Below are positions 1 to 12,554 of a DNA stretch of 64,000 bases, piece after piece. Source of the stretch: Narcine bancroftii. Its lineage: Eukaryota. A program made the translations under genes and the position numbers. Location: assembly GCF_036971445.1 (NCBI RefSeq), contig NC_091471.1, positions 235,476,001-235,540,000 on the forward strand, written 5' to 3'. The notes under the pieces were generated by a model. That model made no database searches. It was not told where the DNA came from and saw only the letters and a program-made list of their open reading frames with translations. Position 1 is the stretch's first letter. Each line of letters starts with the position of its first letter.

Positions 1-111
1 TTATGTGAGGTCCCCGATGGGTAGGGTCCCTGTGGGGGAGGGTGGGATCCTGGGAGGGGAATCCCAAAGGGGAGGGGTGTCTGTGGGCGGTCCTGGGCAT
101 GCACCCTGCCA

Positions 112-367
112 CTAGCTCTCCCCCTCCCCGTCCAGCAGCACATCAAGCTCAGACAGTCGCTGCCTGAGCAGCAGCTCCACTTGTTCCCCACCAACGCGGG
201 ACCTGAGGCGGGGTCTTCCACCAAACCCTGCTCGCCTCTGTCGCCCCTTCCCCTTGCGGGGGAGGCTGCCCTCGCCGAAGACTAGGGCCCTGCGCCGCCT
301 CTGCTGGCTGGTGAGGACCAGACGCCCGTCCCGGGTCAGTGGTTCCTCGAAGATCGTCTCAAACGTC
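112..367 (-). CDS. PRR14: PRR14-like last coding exon (end of Tantalus-like domain)
   Basis: Pyrimidine tract + CAG acceptor (370-368); translates R-TFETIFEEPLTRDGRLVLTSQQRRRRALVF...LDVLLDGEGES*; the ETIFEEP motif is typical of PRR14/PRR14L; phase 2 matches the previous exon. Confidence 0.9.
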
Positions 368-654
368 CTGCCAGGGGAGAAGGGGAGATGGGCGTCAGAC
401 ACTGCAGAGGACCTCACCTCACTGCAGTAGACGGGGGTCTGCCCCATCTTGCCTGATGCCCTGGAGGTCCACACCGTCGGACTGTCTGCGCCGACCCACC
501 GGACAGATGTTACAGCACAACATCATGGGCCAAAGGGCCTGTCCTACTCTGTTCCCTTGTCAGTCATCATTACAGCTTAGGACAGACCCCTATTTTTCCA
601 GCCTCCACCTCTGCCCCCGGCAACGCATCACTAACGCACACAATTGGAATCATA

Positions 655-3070
655 GAACATGACAGCACAGAAAACTGGCAACTCGGCCCCTCCAGTCCGA
701 GTCGAAACATCATCTTCCTCGTCTCACTGATCCGCACCCTGTCCATAACCCTCCAGGCCTCTCCCTTCCACGTATCTATCCATATTATTCAAAACTTACA
801 TTTACCACATCAGATGGCAGCTCATTCCACACTCCCACCCCTCTCTGAGGGAAGAAGTTCCCCCCAAACCTTTCCCCTTTCACCCTAAAGCCATGTCCTC
901 TCATATTTACCTCTCCAAATTTAAGTCTACTTGCATTTACTCTATCTACACCCCTCATAATTTTGTAAACCTCGATAAAATCTCCCCTCATCCTTCTTCG
1001 CTCCAAGAAATAAAGTCCCAACCTGTTTCATCTTCCCTGTAACTCAACTCCTGAAGATCCAGCAACATCCTAGTAAATCTCCACTGCACTCTTTCAATCT
1101 TACTGATATCCTTCCTAAAGTTCAGCGACCAGAACTGCACACAATTCTCCAAATTTGGCCTCACCAATTTCATCCCAACTCCTGTACCCAATACTTGGAT
1201 TTATAAAGGCTAAGATGCCAAGAGCTCTCTTCACAACCCTGTCCACCTGTGACGCCACTTTCAGGGAACAACGTCTCTGTATTCCTAGATCCCTCTACCC
1301 GTCCGCACTCCACAGTGCCCGACCATTCACTGTGTACGTCCACCTTGGTTTGTCCTTCCAAAATGCAGCACCTCACACTTATCTGCATTAAACTCCATCG
1401 GCCATTTTCCAGGTGGTCCAAATCCCTCTGCAAGTTTTGAAAACCTTCCTTGCCATCCACAAAGCCTGCAAACTTGCTGATCCAATTTACCACCTTATCA
1501 TCCAGATCGTTGATACAGATGACAAACAACAATGTTCCCAGCACCGATCCCTGAGGCACCCCACTGGTCACAGGCCTCCAGTCTGAGAAGGAACCACTGC
1601 TCTCCATCTTCTCCCACACAGCCAATTTCAAATCCAGTTTACAATCTCTTCATGGATACCCAGTACCTGAACCTTCTGAACTAACCTCCCATGCGGGACC
1701 TTGTCACGTAGATAACATCCATAGCCTTTCCTTCTTGGTAACCTCCTCGAAAAACTCAACAAGATTCGTTAAACATAATCTACCGCGCACAAAGCCATGC
1801 TAACTGGCCCTTATCAACCCTTGGCTGTCCAAATACTTGTATATCCGATCTTTCAGAACACCCTCCAATACAACTGGTGTCAGGCTCTCTGGCCTGTCAT
1901 TACCTGGTTTACTTTTGCAGCCTTATTTAAACAACAGAATAACAAGCTACCCTCCAATTCTCTGGCACCTCTCCCGTCTCCCCTAATAAACCGTCCCCTC
2001 TGAAATTTCCTCTGCTCACCTTAAACATGTCCTCTGGTGTTTGTTGTCGACCCCCCCACCACCCACCCCTTGGGAAAAGGCGCTGGCTGTTCACCTTTCA
2101 TAATCTCCGTAAGCGCCCCTCTCATCCTTCTTCGCTCCAAACAGAAAAGCTCCCCATCTCTGCTATCCTTGCTCGAGAAGATGTGTTCTCCAATCCAGGC
2201 CACATCCTGGTGAATCTCCTCTGCACCCCCTCCATAATTTACACAGCACCTGCTGTGGGATTGACCGTTGATAGAAACACAGAAAGAAATGTTCTGGTCT
2301 GTACCGGATATTTATCTGCCTCGTACCACTGACCTGCACCCAGTCCATGGCCCTCCATACACCTCCCAACCACAAACATTTCAAAATTTTCCTTAAATGT
2401 CCAAATTTAGCCTGCATTCACACTTCAACTGGAAGCTCGTCCCACACCCCCAGCGCGTTCTGTGAGAAAAAGTTCCCCAGAAAACTTTCCCCTAAACTTT
2501 TCCCCTTTCACACTTACCCCTGACATATCCCCTGAACTCCCCTCCCTTCACTTTGTACAGACGTCCTCTGGTGTTTGCATATCCTGCCCTGGGAAACAGG
2601 TGCTGATTGTCCACCCCATCTATGCCTATCAATCTCCTCTCATCCTTCTACGCTCCAAAGAGAAAAGTCCCAGTCATTAGACACGTTTTCCAATCCTGGC
2701 ACCATCCTGGTGAATCTCCTCTGCTCCCTCTCCACAGCTTCCCCGTCCTTCTTGTAATGAGGTGACCAGAAATGAACACAATATTCCACGAATGGTCTCA
2801 CCAGAGATTGGTAGAGTTGCAACATGACCTCTCTAATCTTCAACTCAATCCCCTTTCTAATGAAGCCTAGCGTCCCACAGGCCTTCTTAACTCTCCTATC
2901 AATCTATGCGGCGACCTTGAGGGATGTATGGATTTGGACCCCAAGGTCCTTCTGCTCATTCACACTCTTAACCCTGGACAATCTCCTGGTTTGTCCTTCC
3001 AAAAATGCATCACCTCACACTTACCCGGACTGAACTCCATTGGCCACCTCTGCCCAACTTTGCATCCTGT
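655..3070 (-). mobile_element. Decayed CR1-type LINE fragments (several 3' pieces) in PRR14 last intron
   Basis: Broken ORFs SDWRPVTSGVPQGSVLG.LLFVI.INDLD, LVRP.LEYCVQFWSP, LERRRMRGD.IEVYKIMRG, typical of CR1 ORF2. Confidence 0.85.
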
Positions 3071-3180
3071 TTAACTTTTTTTTGTAACTTGGTTCATGAA
3101 GTCCAGATAACAGCCCACTAGATCCTCTCTGCCCTCTATCACAAGGATTTCAACAGGAGGAACACACACAGGACACGTAC

Positions 3181-3252
3181 CGTTTATCGGCTGGGGCTTT
3201 GTAGTTCTTGTTTGTATATATCTCCTCAAGGCTGAATTCTTTCTTGTTCATT
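3181..3252 (-). CDS. PRR14: PRR14-like coding exon (Tantalus core)
   Basis: ttcag|...|gtacgt; 72 nt encoding MNKKEFSLEEIYTNKNYKAPADKR, matching the PRR14 KKEFSLEEIYTNKNY motif; phases 2/2. Confidence 0.93.
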
Positions 3253-3299
3253 CTGAAATGCAATGAAATACAGTCAATGTCCTGAGAAAGTGAAGGGGA

Positions 3300-4560
3300 T
3301 GAAGCGACCCCAATCAGTGTACAGATATCCCACGAGAGAGAGGGATGGAGTGACCCCGATCATTATACAGATAACCCCCTGAGAGAGACGGACAGACAGA
3401 CCCCGGTCAGTGTACAGATATCCCCCTGAGAGAGAGAGGGATGGAGAGACTCCAGTCAGTGTATGGATATCCCACTGAGAGAGAGGGATGGACGGACCCT
3501 GGTCATTGTATAGATATTCCCCTGAGAGAGTGGGATGGAGAGACCCCGGTCAGTGTACAGATATCCCGCTGAGAGAGGGATGGACAGACCCCGATCATTA
3601 TACAGATAACCCCCTGAGAGAGAAGGACAGACAGACCCCGGTCAGTGTACAGATATCCCCCTAAGAGAGAGAGAGGGATGGAGAGACTCCAGTCAGTGTA
3701 TGGATATCCCACTGAGAGAGAGGGATAGACGGACCCTGGTCATTGTACAGATATCCCCCTAAGAGAGAGAGAGGGATGGAGAGACTCCAGTCAGTGTATG
3801 GATATCCCACTGAGAGAGAGGGATAGACGGACCCTGGTCATTGTATAGATATTCCCCTGAGAGAGTGGGATGGAGAGACTCCAGTCAGTGTATGGATATC
3901 CCACTGAGAGAGAGGGATGGACGGACCCTGGTCATTGTATAGATATTCCCCTGAGAGAGAGGGATGGAGAGACCCCAGTCAGTGTACAGATATCCTGCTG
4001 AGGGATGGACAGACCCCGATCATTATACAGATAACCCCCTGAGAGAGAGGACAGACAGACCCCGGTCAGTGTACAGATATCCCCCTAAGAGAGAGAGAGG
4101 GATGGAGAGACTCCAGTCAGTGTATGGATATCCCAATGAGAGAGGGATGGACAGACCCTGATCATTGTATAGATATTCCCCTGAGAGAGTGGGATGGAGA
4201 GACTCCAGTCAGTGTATGGATATCCCGCTGAGAGAGAGGGATGGACGGACCCTGGTCATTGTATAGATATTCCCCTGAGAGAGTGGGATGGAGAGACTCA
4301 GTCAGTGTATGGATATCCCACTGAGAGAGAGGGATGGATGGACCCTGGTCATTGTATAGATATTCCCCTGAGAGAGAGGGATGGAGATACCCCGGTCAGT
4401 GTACAGATATCCGCCTGAGAGATGGGGACATAGAGACCCCAGTCATTGTACAGATATCTGCCTGAGAGATGGGGACGGAGAGACCCCTGTCATTGTACAG
4501 ATATCCGCCTGAGAGATGGGGATGGAGAGAACCCGGTCATTGTACAGATATCCCAGAGGG
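3300..4560. repeat. ~41-bp minisatellite (ctgagagagagggatggagagaccccggtcagtgtacagatatcccc-like)
   Basis: About 30 diverged tandem units visible directly; fills most of a PRR14 intron. Confidence 0.9.
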
Positions 4561-4580
4561 AAGGGGAGAGATGGATATTA

Positions 4581-4715
<135 letters not shown>

Positions 4716-4734
4716 TTATAACATTCACCAGAGG

Positions 4735-6220
4735 GGGTTATAGAGATGGGAACGTGTATAGCAGACTGGAAGTGGGGGGGGGGGTTCCAGAGAAGGGGAG
4801 GGGTGTAGGGGACCGGAGAATGGTTACAGAGTTGGGGAGGGGTGTAGGGAACTGGAGGGGAATTACAGAGTTGGGGAGGGGTGTAGGGAACTGGAGGGGA
4901 GTTACAGAGTTGGGGAGGGGTGTAGGGACGGGGGGGGGGAGTTATAGAGATGGGGAGGGTTTCAGGGGTCCAGAGGGGTTGGTTACAGAGACGGGGAGGG
5001 CTGTAGGGAACCGGAGTAGGGGGTTACAGAGAGGGAGGGGTGCAGGGGACCGGAGGGGGTGGTTTCAGAGACGGGGAGGGCTGTAGGGAACTGGAGGTGG
5101 GGGGGGGGGGTTTACAGAGAGGGAGGGGTGCAGGGGACCAGAAGGGGGGGGGGGAGGGTCACAGAGATGGGGAGGGGTGTAGGGGACTGGAGTGGGGTTA
5201 CAGAGAGGGAGTGGTGCAGGGGACCGGGGGGGGGGGGGGTGGGTTTGCAGGGATAGGGAGAGGTCTAGGGGACCGGAGGGGTTACAGAGTTGGGCAGGGG
5301 TGCAGGGAACTGGAGGGGGTGGTTACAGAGATGGGGAGGGCTGTAGGCGACAGCAGGGGGTTACAGAGACTGGGAGGGATATAGGGGACTGGAAGGGGTT
5401 ACAGAGACAGGGAGGGGTGAAGTGGACTGGAGGGGTTTACAGCGAGAAGGAGGGGTGAAGGGGACTACAGGGGGTTACAGAGACAAGAAAGGGTGTAGGG
5501 GACTAGAAGCAGTTATAGAGACAGGGAGGGGTGCAGGGAACCGGACAGGGATACAGAAACAGGGAAGGGTGTAGGGGACCGGAGGCGGTGTTACAGAGAC
5601 GGGGAGGGGTGCAGGGGACCGGAGGGTGGGGGGTTACAGGGACACAGACTGGTGTAGGGGAACAGAGGGGGATACAGAAACAGGGAAGGGTGTAGGGGAC
5701 CGGAGGCAGTGTTACAAAGACAGGGAGGGGAGGTAGGGGAGGGACCAGAAGGGAGGTGACAGGGAGGGGTGTAGGGGACCAGAAGGGAGGTTACAGAGAG
5801 AGAGGGGTGAAGGGGACTGGAGGGGGTTACAGAGACAAGAAAGGGTGTAGGAGACTAGAGGGGGTTTTAGAGACAGGGAGGGGAGGGGTGCAGGGGACTG
5901 GACAGGGATACAGAAACAGGGAAGTGTGTAGGGGACCGGAAGTGGTGTTACAGAGACGGGGAGGGGTGCAGGGGACCGGAGGGGGGGGGGGTTACAGGGA
6001 CAGACTGGTGTAGGGGAACAGAGGGGGATACAGAGACAGGTAGGGGTGCAGGGGACCAGAGGGGGATAGAGATAGGGAGGGGTGTAGGGGACCTGAGGGG
6101 GTTACAGAGACAGGGAAGGGTGTAGGGGACCAGAGGGAGGTTACAGATACCGGGCAGGGTGTAGGGGAATGGAGGATGTTACACGACAGGAGGAGTGTTG
6201 GGGGGGGGGGATACAGAGAC
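4735..6220. repeat. G-rich degenerate tandem repeat (ggggttacagagacggggaggggtgtaggggaccgga)
   Basis: Repeated gttacagaga/gtaggggacc motifs at ~36-40 bp spacing. Confidence 0.85.
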
Positions 6221-6237
6221 TGGATGGGGCCTCTCAC

Positions 6238-6388
6238 CTCTGGTCTGTATTCTGTTATTTCACCCTCCTGGGGGTCACGTAGGACAGTCTCCATCCTGCG
6301 TTTTTTTGGGGTAATGCAGGGTTCCCCTATCCCTTTTAACACTGGATGTTCTCGTACCTTGGAGTGTCTGGGTGAAGTCGGCACCTTC
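6238..6388 (-). CDS. PRR14: PRR14-like coding exon
   Basis: Branch-like ctgac, ctcaagcag acceptor, gag|gtgaga donor; KVPTSPRHSK...EYRPE; phases 2/0 fit both neighbours. Confidence 0.7.
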
Positions 6389-6607
6389 CTGCTTGAGGTA
6401 GGGAGGGAGGGCATGTCAGTGGTCCCTCGAGGAAAGGGAATTCCAGTCGCGTCACCTGCACACCCTCTCCCTTTTCCCCATGTCTCCCCCTTCCCTTCCC
6501 CTCAGCTTCTCCATCTCCCCTCTCACCTTCCCCATTCCACAACTCTCCCTCTTCCCCGGTCAGCCCCCCTTCCCCTCCCATCACCCCCATCCGCACTGCC
6601 CTTTTAC

Positions 6608-7136
6608 CTGCGGGTGGGGCTCTTCCTGCTCTCTGCCTTCTCCTCCTCCCGCTCCTCGCCCTCCGGTGGGGAATGGGCCTCCTCCCTCCTCGGCCCCCAG
6701 GGCCTGCCGGGAAAGACCTCCTTGCGGAGACAGAGGAGGTGGGGGGTCGAGTCAACCTCCCGACTGGGCTCCACTCCCCCCAGGGTGTGGCGGCGATGGC
6801 GGGGGGGCGTCCCTGAGGTGGGGCGGGGGACAGGGGAGCTTCCGGTTCCAGAGACGGGGCGGGCTGGGCAGGAGAGGCTGCGCGTTAGACGGATTGGGGC
6901 CTGGCAGGGAGGGGAGGAGATGGAGGGCTGGCAAGGAGGTGTCTCGGGGCCCCAGGGCAGGCGGTTGCCCACTTGGGACCCCCCCCAGGGCAGGTGGGTC
7001 CGGAGGGGGGAGAGGAAGATAGCCGCGAAGCCCTCTAGCTTAGACCGGATGCCCTGGATGAAGGGCGAGAGTTGCCAGCTTGTGCATGGTAGAGGGGAGG
7101 TAACTTCTGAGGAGGGGGTCCACGGCTGGGATGCAC
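6608..7136 (-). CDS. PRR14: PRR14-like large proline-rich exon
   Basis: Strong pyrimidine tract + cacag acceptor, cag|gtaaaa donor; open frame with WQLSPFIQGIRSKLEGFAAIFLSP, RLTRSLSCP, RRHT and CLRKEVF motifs characteristic of PRR14. Confidence 0.85.
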
Positions 7137-8149
7137 CTGTGGTGGAGGGGGAGAGAAAGAAATAAACACCACATCGCTGGCTGAAAGCCGGAGCCCACCC
7201 CTTCCTGTTCCCTTCACCCGCTTAGCAGGCTGTTGGTTTCTCCTGGGGCCTTTATATGATGCGCCCAAATGTCACTGATGTGCAGTGGTGGGGACAGGGG
7301 CTCACGTTCAAATCCGTCGCTGTCTGTGAGGAGTTTGCACGGTTCCCCACCAACATTCCCACCACCCACCTGGGCTTTCCCTTCAGGGGCAGATTTCTTT
7401 TCACCCTTGAGAAACATAGGGAAAGAGATGGAGAGAATGAGGGAGAATCAAGAGGGGGGAAGGGAGGGAGATAGGGGGAGGGGAGAGAAGGAGAGGGTAG
7501 GGAGGGTGAGGGGAAGGAGAGAGAGGGGAGGGAGAGAGAGAGGGGAGGGTAAGGGTGGAGAGGGAGGAGGGAGACAGGGAGGAAGGGGAATGGAGGGAGG
7601 AACGCAGGGAGGTAGGGGAGAGGGAGATCGGGGGGGGAGGGAAGAATGGAAAAGGTTGAACATTGATTCTGTCTGGATGGAGAGTGCCCAGATGGAACAT
7701 AAGATTTTCCCCCTTTCATTCTACCCAGGAATGGCAGTGAACGACCCTCTGAATTGGGCAGTTCTGGCCAGAGGAATGGCCGACAGAGTTTAATCCGCAT
7801 AGTGGGGAGGTGGGGCTGTTGGAGGTCCAATGCATGTTCATGGCAGGCCAGGACTCTGGGGAGAGGGGATCTGGTGAGGGACATCCAGGTCCACAGGCCG
7901 CCGAAAGGTGGTGAAGATGGCGTGTGGGATATTTTGCTTCATGGGGTGGGGTGCTGGATCAAGATCTTCAAATTCTCTATGGATCTGTCTTGGGGCCTTG
8001 TTGTCGATGCAACCGTGAAGGAGGCTTGCTTTCATGAGGAGTTCGAGGAGAGCCACCAAAGACTCTTGCAAACATAGAATGCTACGGCAGAGTCCAGGCC
8101 TTTCCGGTCTCGATGTCATGCTGACATGTATTCCTACCAAAAAAAAACT

Positions 8150-8850
8150 CACCCCTCCCTACCCCACAACCCTCGGTTTTCCTTCCATCCATGCGTCTGT
8201 GCAGACTCCCTTAAATGCCCCCAATGTTCCAGCCTCCATCACCCTCCCCCTGTCCAGGCATTCTTCGCCCTCATAACTCTCTGTGTACCCCTGGCTTCTC
8301 TATTAAACTCCCCTCCCTTCACTTTGTCCAGACGTCCTCTGGTGTTTGTGGATCCTGCCCTGGGAAAGAGTCGCTGACTGTCCGCCCTATCTCTAACTCT
8401 CACAATCTTGTCTCCTCTCATCCTTCTATGCTCCAAAAATCCCAGCTCTGTGAATCTTGCTTCATTAGACATATTTCTCAATCCAAGAAACATCCTGGTC
8501 AATCTCTTCTGCACCCTCTCCATGGCTTCCACATCCTTCCTGAAATGAGGTGACCAGAACTTCTGTGAGTGGTCCATGGAGAGCATTCTGATTCGTTGCA
8601 TCGCTGCCTGGTACGGAGGTGTCAACATGCAGGATACGAAGTTGTAAACCCATCACGGTCACCAGACATACTCCATTGAGGTAGCATCACAAGGGAGCAG
8701 CCTCCATCCTCAAAGACCCCTCTACCCAGGAAATGTCCTCTTCATTCTGCTACCATCGGAGAAAAGGTCCAGAAACCTAAAGTCGAGAACAGCTTCTTCC
8801 CTGCTGCAACAAGATTCCTGAATGGACAATGAATCACAGCCTCACTTTCT
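8150..8850. mobile_element. CR1 (minus) and Rex1-like (plus) LINE 3' fragments
   Basis: FWSPHFRKDVEAMERVQKRLTRM (CR1), followed by sequence similar to the Rex1-like copies at 16020-17560. Confidence 0.65.
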
Positions 8851-8864
8851 AAGAAAATTTTAAA

Positions 8865-9222
8865 TGTAGGCCCTTTTGACCCCTGAGGATATACCCCCAA
8901 TTTACATCCCATCATTGCTCTTTAACAAGCCCTTTCGGCCCACGAGGACGTGCTGCCCAATTTAACCCCATCATAGCTCTGTAACAAGCCCTTTCGGCTG
9001 ATGAGGAAGTGCTGCCCAATTTACACCCCATCACAGCTTTGTCACAAGCCCTTTCAGCCCACGAGGACATGGTGCCCAATTTACACCCCATCACCGCTAT
9101 GTAACAGGCCCTTTAGGCCCACGAGGATGTGTAACCCAATTTACCCCTGATCACAGCTCTGTAACAGGCCCTTTTAGCACATGGGGACATGCCACCCAAT
9201 TTACACCCCATCGCAGCTCTGT
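8865..9222. repeat. ~59-bp tandem repeat, about 6 copies
   Basis: Unit gccctttcggcccacgaggac..tgcccaatttacaccccatcacagctctgtaaca; resembles a reverse-oriented CR1/SINE 3' tail. Confidence 0.8.
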
Positions 9223-9754
9223 TGAGATTTCTTCTTACACTTAGAAACAGGCCAACTTGGCCCTTCTAATCCATGCCGAACACTCCCTCCCACCTAACCC
9301 CACTGACCATATAACCATCTACCAATTACAGCACAGAANNNNNNNNNNNNNNNNNNNNNNNNNNNNNNNNNNNNNNNNNNNNNNNNNNNNNNNNNNNNNN
9401 NNNNNNNNNNNNNNNNNNNNNNNNNNNNNNNNNNNNNNNNNNNNNNNNNNNNNNNNNNNNNNNNNNNNNNNNNNNNNNNNNNNNNNNNNNNNNNNNNNNN
9501 NNNNNNNNNNNNNNNNNNNNNNNNNNNNNNNNNNNNNNTGTAGATGGTTTGGAGCGAAGTGGTGTCCTGGTGGGAGGGGGCTGGGTCTTTGGGAGAGGGA
9601 GGGGCTGTGATGATGGGGAATCCAAGATGAGGGGAGAGGTGGGCAACGTAGTATACAGGACAGGGAGTGGAATGGACCCTGGGGTGTCTGACAGATGGAA
9701 TTAACCCACCCCCACGCCTGGCCTGACCCACCTCCTCTCTCCCTCTCCCCACAG

Positions 9755-9807
9755 ACCGATCGTACATGAGGTTGACAGAGAAAGAACATGAGACACTGCC
9801 GGTGGAT
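9755..9807 (+). CDS. MMGT1: MMGT1/EMC5 (ER membrane complex subunit 5) exon 2
   Basis: cccacag|...|gtgagt; 53 nt, (H)RSYMRLTEKEHETLPVD versus human HRSYMRLTEKEDESLPID. Confidence 0.93.
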
Positions 9808-10119
9808 GTGAGTGTGGGGATGGGGGGCGACGAGGTAGAGAGGAAGGGAGAAGGGATGAGAGTAAGAAGGGAAGGGAAGGGAGTGGGGAGAGGAGGAGGG
9901 AGGGGGATGGAGTAAGGGAGAAGGGGGGGAGGAGAGGGGAAGAGGGGGGAGGGAGGGGAGCATGAGGGAGAGGGAGATGGGTGCTGGTTCAGGGAGGTAG
10001 AAAGGGAGGTGTGGGAAAGAGGGTGGAGGGGTGGTGGTGGGGCATTGGGGGGGGGTGGCGTGGAAAACACCAGCTTTCTCATTCCTCTCTACCCAACTCC
10101 TCTCCTTTGCTCCTTCACC

Positions 10120-10371
10120 CCTGTCCCCTCCCCCTTGTCCCCGCCCTCTCTCCCCTCCCCCTTGTCCCCGCTCTCTCTCCCCCTCCCCCTTGTCCCCGCC
10201 CTCTCTCCCCTCCCCTTGTCCCCGCCCTCTCTCCCCTCCCCTTGTCCCCGCCCTCTCTCCCCTCCCCCTTGTCCCGCCCTCTCTCCCCTCCCCCTTGTCC
10301 CCGCCCTCTCTCCCCTCCCCCTTGTCCCCGCCCTCTCTCCCCTCCCCCTTGTCCCCGCCCTCTCTCCCCTC
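10120..10371. repeat. ~27-28-bp pyrimidine tandem repeat (ccccttgtccccgccctctctcccct) abutting the MMGT1 exon 3 acceptor
   Basis: About 9 near-perfect units. Confidence 0.9.
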
Positions 10372-10378
10372 CACGTAG

Positions 10379-10482
10379 ATTGTGCTACAGACCCTCCTCG
10401 CCTTTCTCCTCACCTGTTACGGGATCGTTCACATCGCGGGTGACTTCAAGGACATGGATGCCACGTCCGAACTCAAACACAA
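10379..10482 (+). CDS. MMGT1: MMGT1/EMC5 exon 3
   Basis: cgtag|...|gtgcgt; 104 nt, [35 protein letters not shown], near-identical to human. Confidence 0.95.
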
Positions 10483-10509
10483 GTGCGTAACCCTTCCCCA
10501 ATGCATAGG

Positions 10510-11370
10510 AGAGGGGAGCTTCACTCTGAGTCCAAGCCCTTGAGTGTGTGATGGGACAGGGGAAAGGGGACTTCACTCTTGTCCCACCCCGGGAGTGTGT
10601 GACAGGCCGGGCAGGGGAGAAAAGGCTTCACTCTGAGTCCCACCCCACCGGAGTGTGTGATTGGACAGGGGTGAGGGAGTTGAGGAGCTTCACTCTGTGT
10701 CCCACTCCATGAGTGTGTGACGGGACGAGGAGAGGGAGCTTCACTCTCTGTCCCACCCCGGGAGTGTTTGACAAGGACGGGGGAAAGGGGACTTCACTCT
10801 TGTCCCACCCCGGGAGTGTGTGACAGGGCAGGGGAGAAAAGGCTTCACTCTGAGTCCCAAACTGGGAGTGTGTGACGGGATGGGGAGAGGAAGCTTCACA
10901 CTGTGCCCCCATCCTGGGAGTGTGTGATTGGACAGGGGTGAGGGAGCTTCACTCTGTGTCCCCACTCCATGAGTGTGTGACGGGACGAGGAGAGGGAGCT
11001 TCACTCTCTGTCCCACCCCAGGAGAGTGTGACGGGATTGGGGAGAGGGAGCTTCACTGTGTGTCCCACACCGGAGTGTGTGATGGGATGGGGGAGAGGGG
11101 CTTCAGTCTGTGTCACACCCAAGGAGTATGTGAGGGAGAGGGACTTCACTTTGTATCCCACCCCGGGAATGTGTGAGGGACGGGGAGAGGGAGCTTCACT
11201 CTGTGTCCCACCCCGGGAGTGTGTGACAGTATGATGGAGAGGGGACTTCACTCTATGTCCCACCCTGGGAGTATGTGACAGTACGGGAGGTGGGGGTGGG
11301 GGGAAGAGAGCAAGCTTCACTCTGTCCCACCCCAGAAATGTGTGATTGGACAGGGGTGAGGGGAACTTGA
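10510..11370. repeat. ~52-bp minisatellite, diverged array (same family as 31105-33035)
   Basis: Unit gggagcttcactctgtgtcccaccccgggagtgtgtgacgggacggggaga. Confidence 0.9.
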
Positions 11371-12408
11371 ATGCCATGTAATTATTCTCTCCCTTCCCCT
11401 CCTCCCCTTCTCATTCTCACCCNNNNNNNNNNNNNNNNNNNNNNNNNNNNNNNNNNNNNNNNNNNNNNNNNNNNNNNNNNNNNNNNNNNNNNNNNNNNNN
11501 NNNNNNNNNNNNNNNNNNNNNNNNNNNNNNNNNNNNNNNNNNNNNNNNNNNNNNNNNNNNNNNNNNNNNNNNNNNNNNNNNNNNNNNNNNNNNNNNNNNN
11601 NNNNNNNNNNNNNNNNNNNNNNNNNNNNNNNNNNNNNNNNNNNNNNNNNNNNNNNNNNNNNNNNNNNNNNNNNNNNNNNNNNNNNNNNNNNNNNNNNNNN
11701 NNNNNNNNNNNNNNNNNNNNNNNNNNNNNNNNNNNNNNNNNNNNNNNNNNNNNNNNNNNNNNNNNNNNNNNNNNNNNNNNNNNNNNNNNNNNNNNNNNNN
11801 NNNNNNNNNNNNNNNNNNNNNNNNNNNNNNNNNNNNNNNNNNNNNNNNNNNNNNNNNNNNNNNNNNNNNNNNNNNNNNNNNNNNNNNNNNNNNNNNNNNN
11901 NNNNNNNNNNNNNNNNNNNNNNNNNNNNNNNNNNNNNNNNNNNNNNNNNNNNNNNNNNNNNNNNNNNNNNNNNNNNNNNNNNNNNNNNNNNNNNNNNNNN
12001 NNNNNNNNNNNNNNNNNNNNNNNNNNNNNNNNNNNNNNNNNNNNNNNNNNNNNNNNNNNNNNNNNNNNNNNNNNNNNNNNNNNNNNNNNNNNNNNNNNNN
12101 NNNNNNNNNNNNNNNNNNNNNNNNNNNNNNNNNNNNNNNNNNNNNNNNNNNNNNNNNNNNNNNNNNNNNNNNNNNNNNNNNNNNNNNNNNNNNNNNNNNN
12201 NNNNNNNNNNNNNNNNNNNNNNNNNNNNNNNNNNNNNNNNNNNNNNNNNNNNNNNNNNNNNNNNNNNNNNNNNNNNNNNNNNNNNNNNNNNNNNNNNNNN
12301 NNNNNNNNNNNNNNNNNNNNNNNNNNNNNNNNNNNNNNNNNNNNNNNNNNNNNNNNNNNNNNNNNNNNNNNNNNNNNNNNNNNNNNNNNNNNNNNNNNNN
12401 NNNNNNNN

Positions 12409-12554
12409 AGACCCTGAGGAACCACCCCTCCTTCTATCTGTTCAACCACAGGGGCCGCCTATTGTTCCAGACCCCGGACAGAGCCCCCCTCTCTCAGCCG
12501 CAGGCTATACCCTCCACCCTAAAACTGCGGAGACTGCAGCCGGGCCCACATTAG
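12409..12554 (+). CDS. MMGT1: MMGT1/EMC5 last exon (first ~8 nt lost in N gap)
   Basis: [48 protein letters not shown]; matches human [19 protein letters not shown]...LKLRKL. Confidence 0.93.

Noticed and set aside
6176-7165. 329-aa plus-strand ORF
   Set aside because: Antisense shadow of GC-rich PRR14 exons.
7218-8064. Possible further PRR14 exons (7218-7405, ~7725-8064)
   Set aside because: Plausible acceptors, but I could not reconcile frames and phases with the exon starting at 7136; not annotated.
9257-12449. ORFs containing long X runs
   Set aside because: They span assembly gaps.
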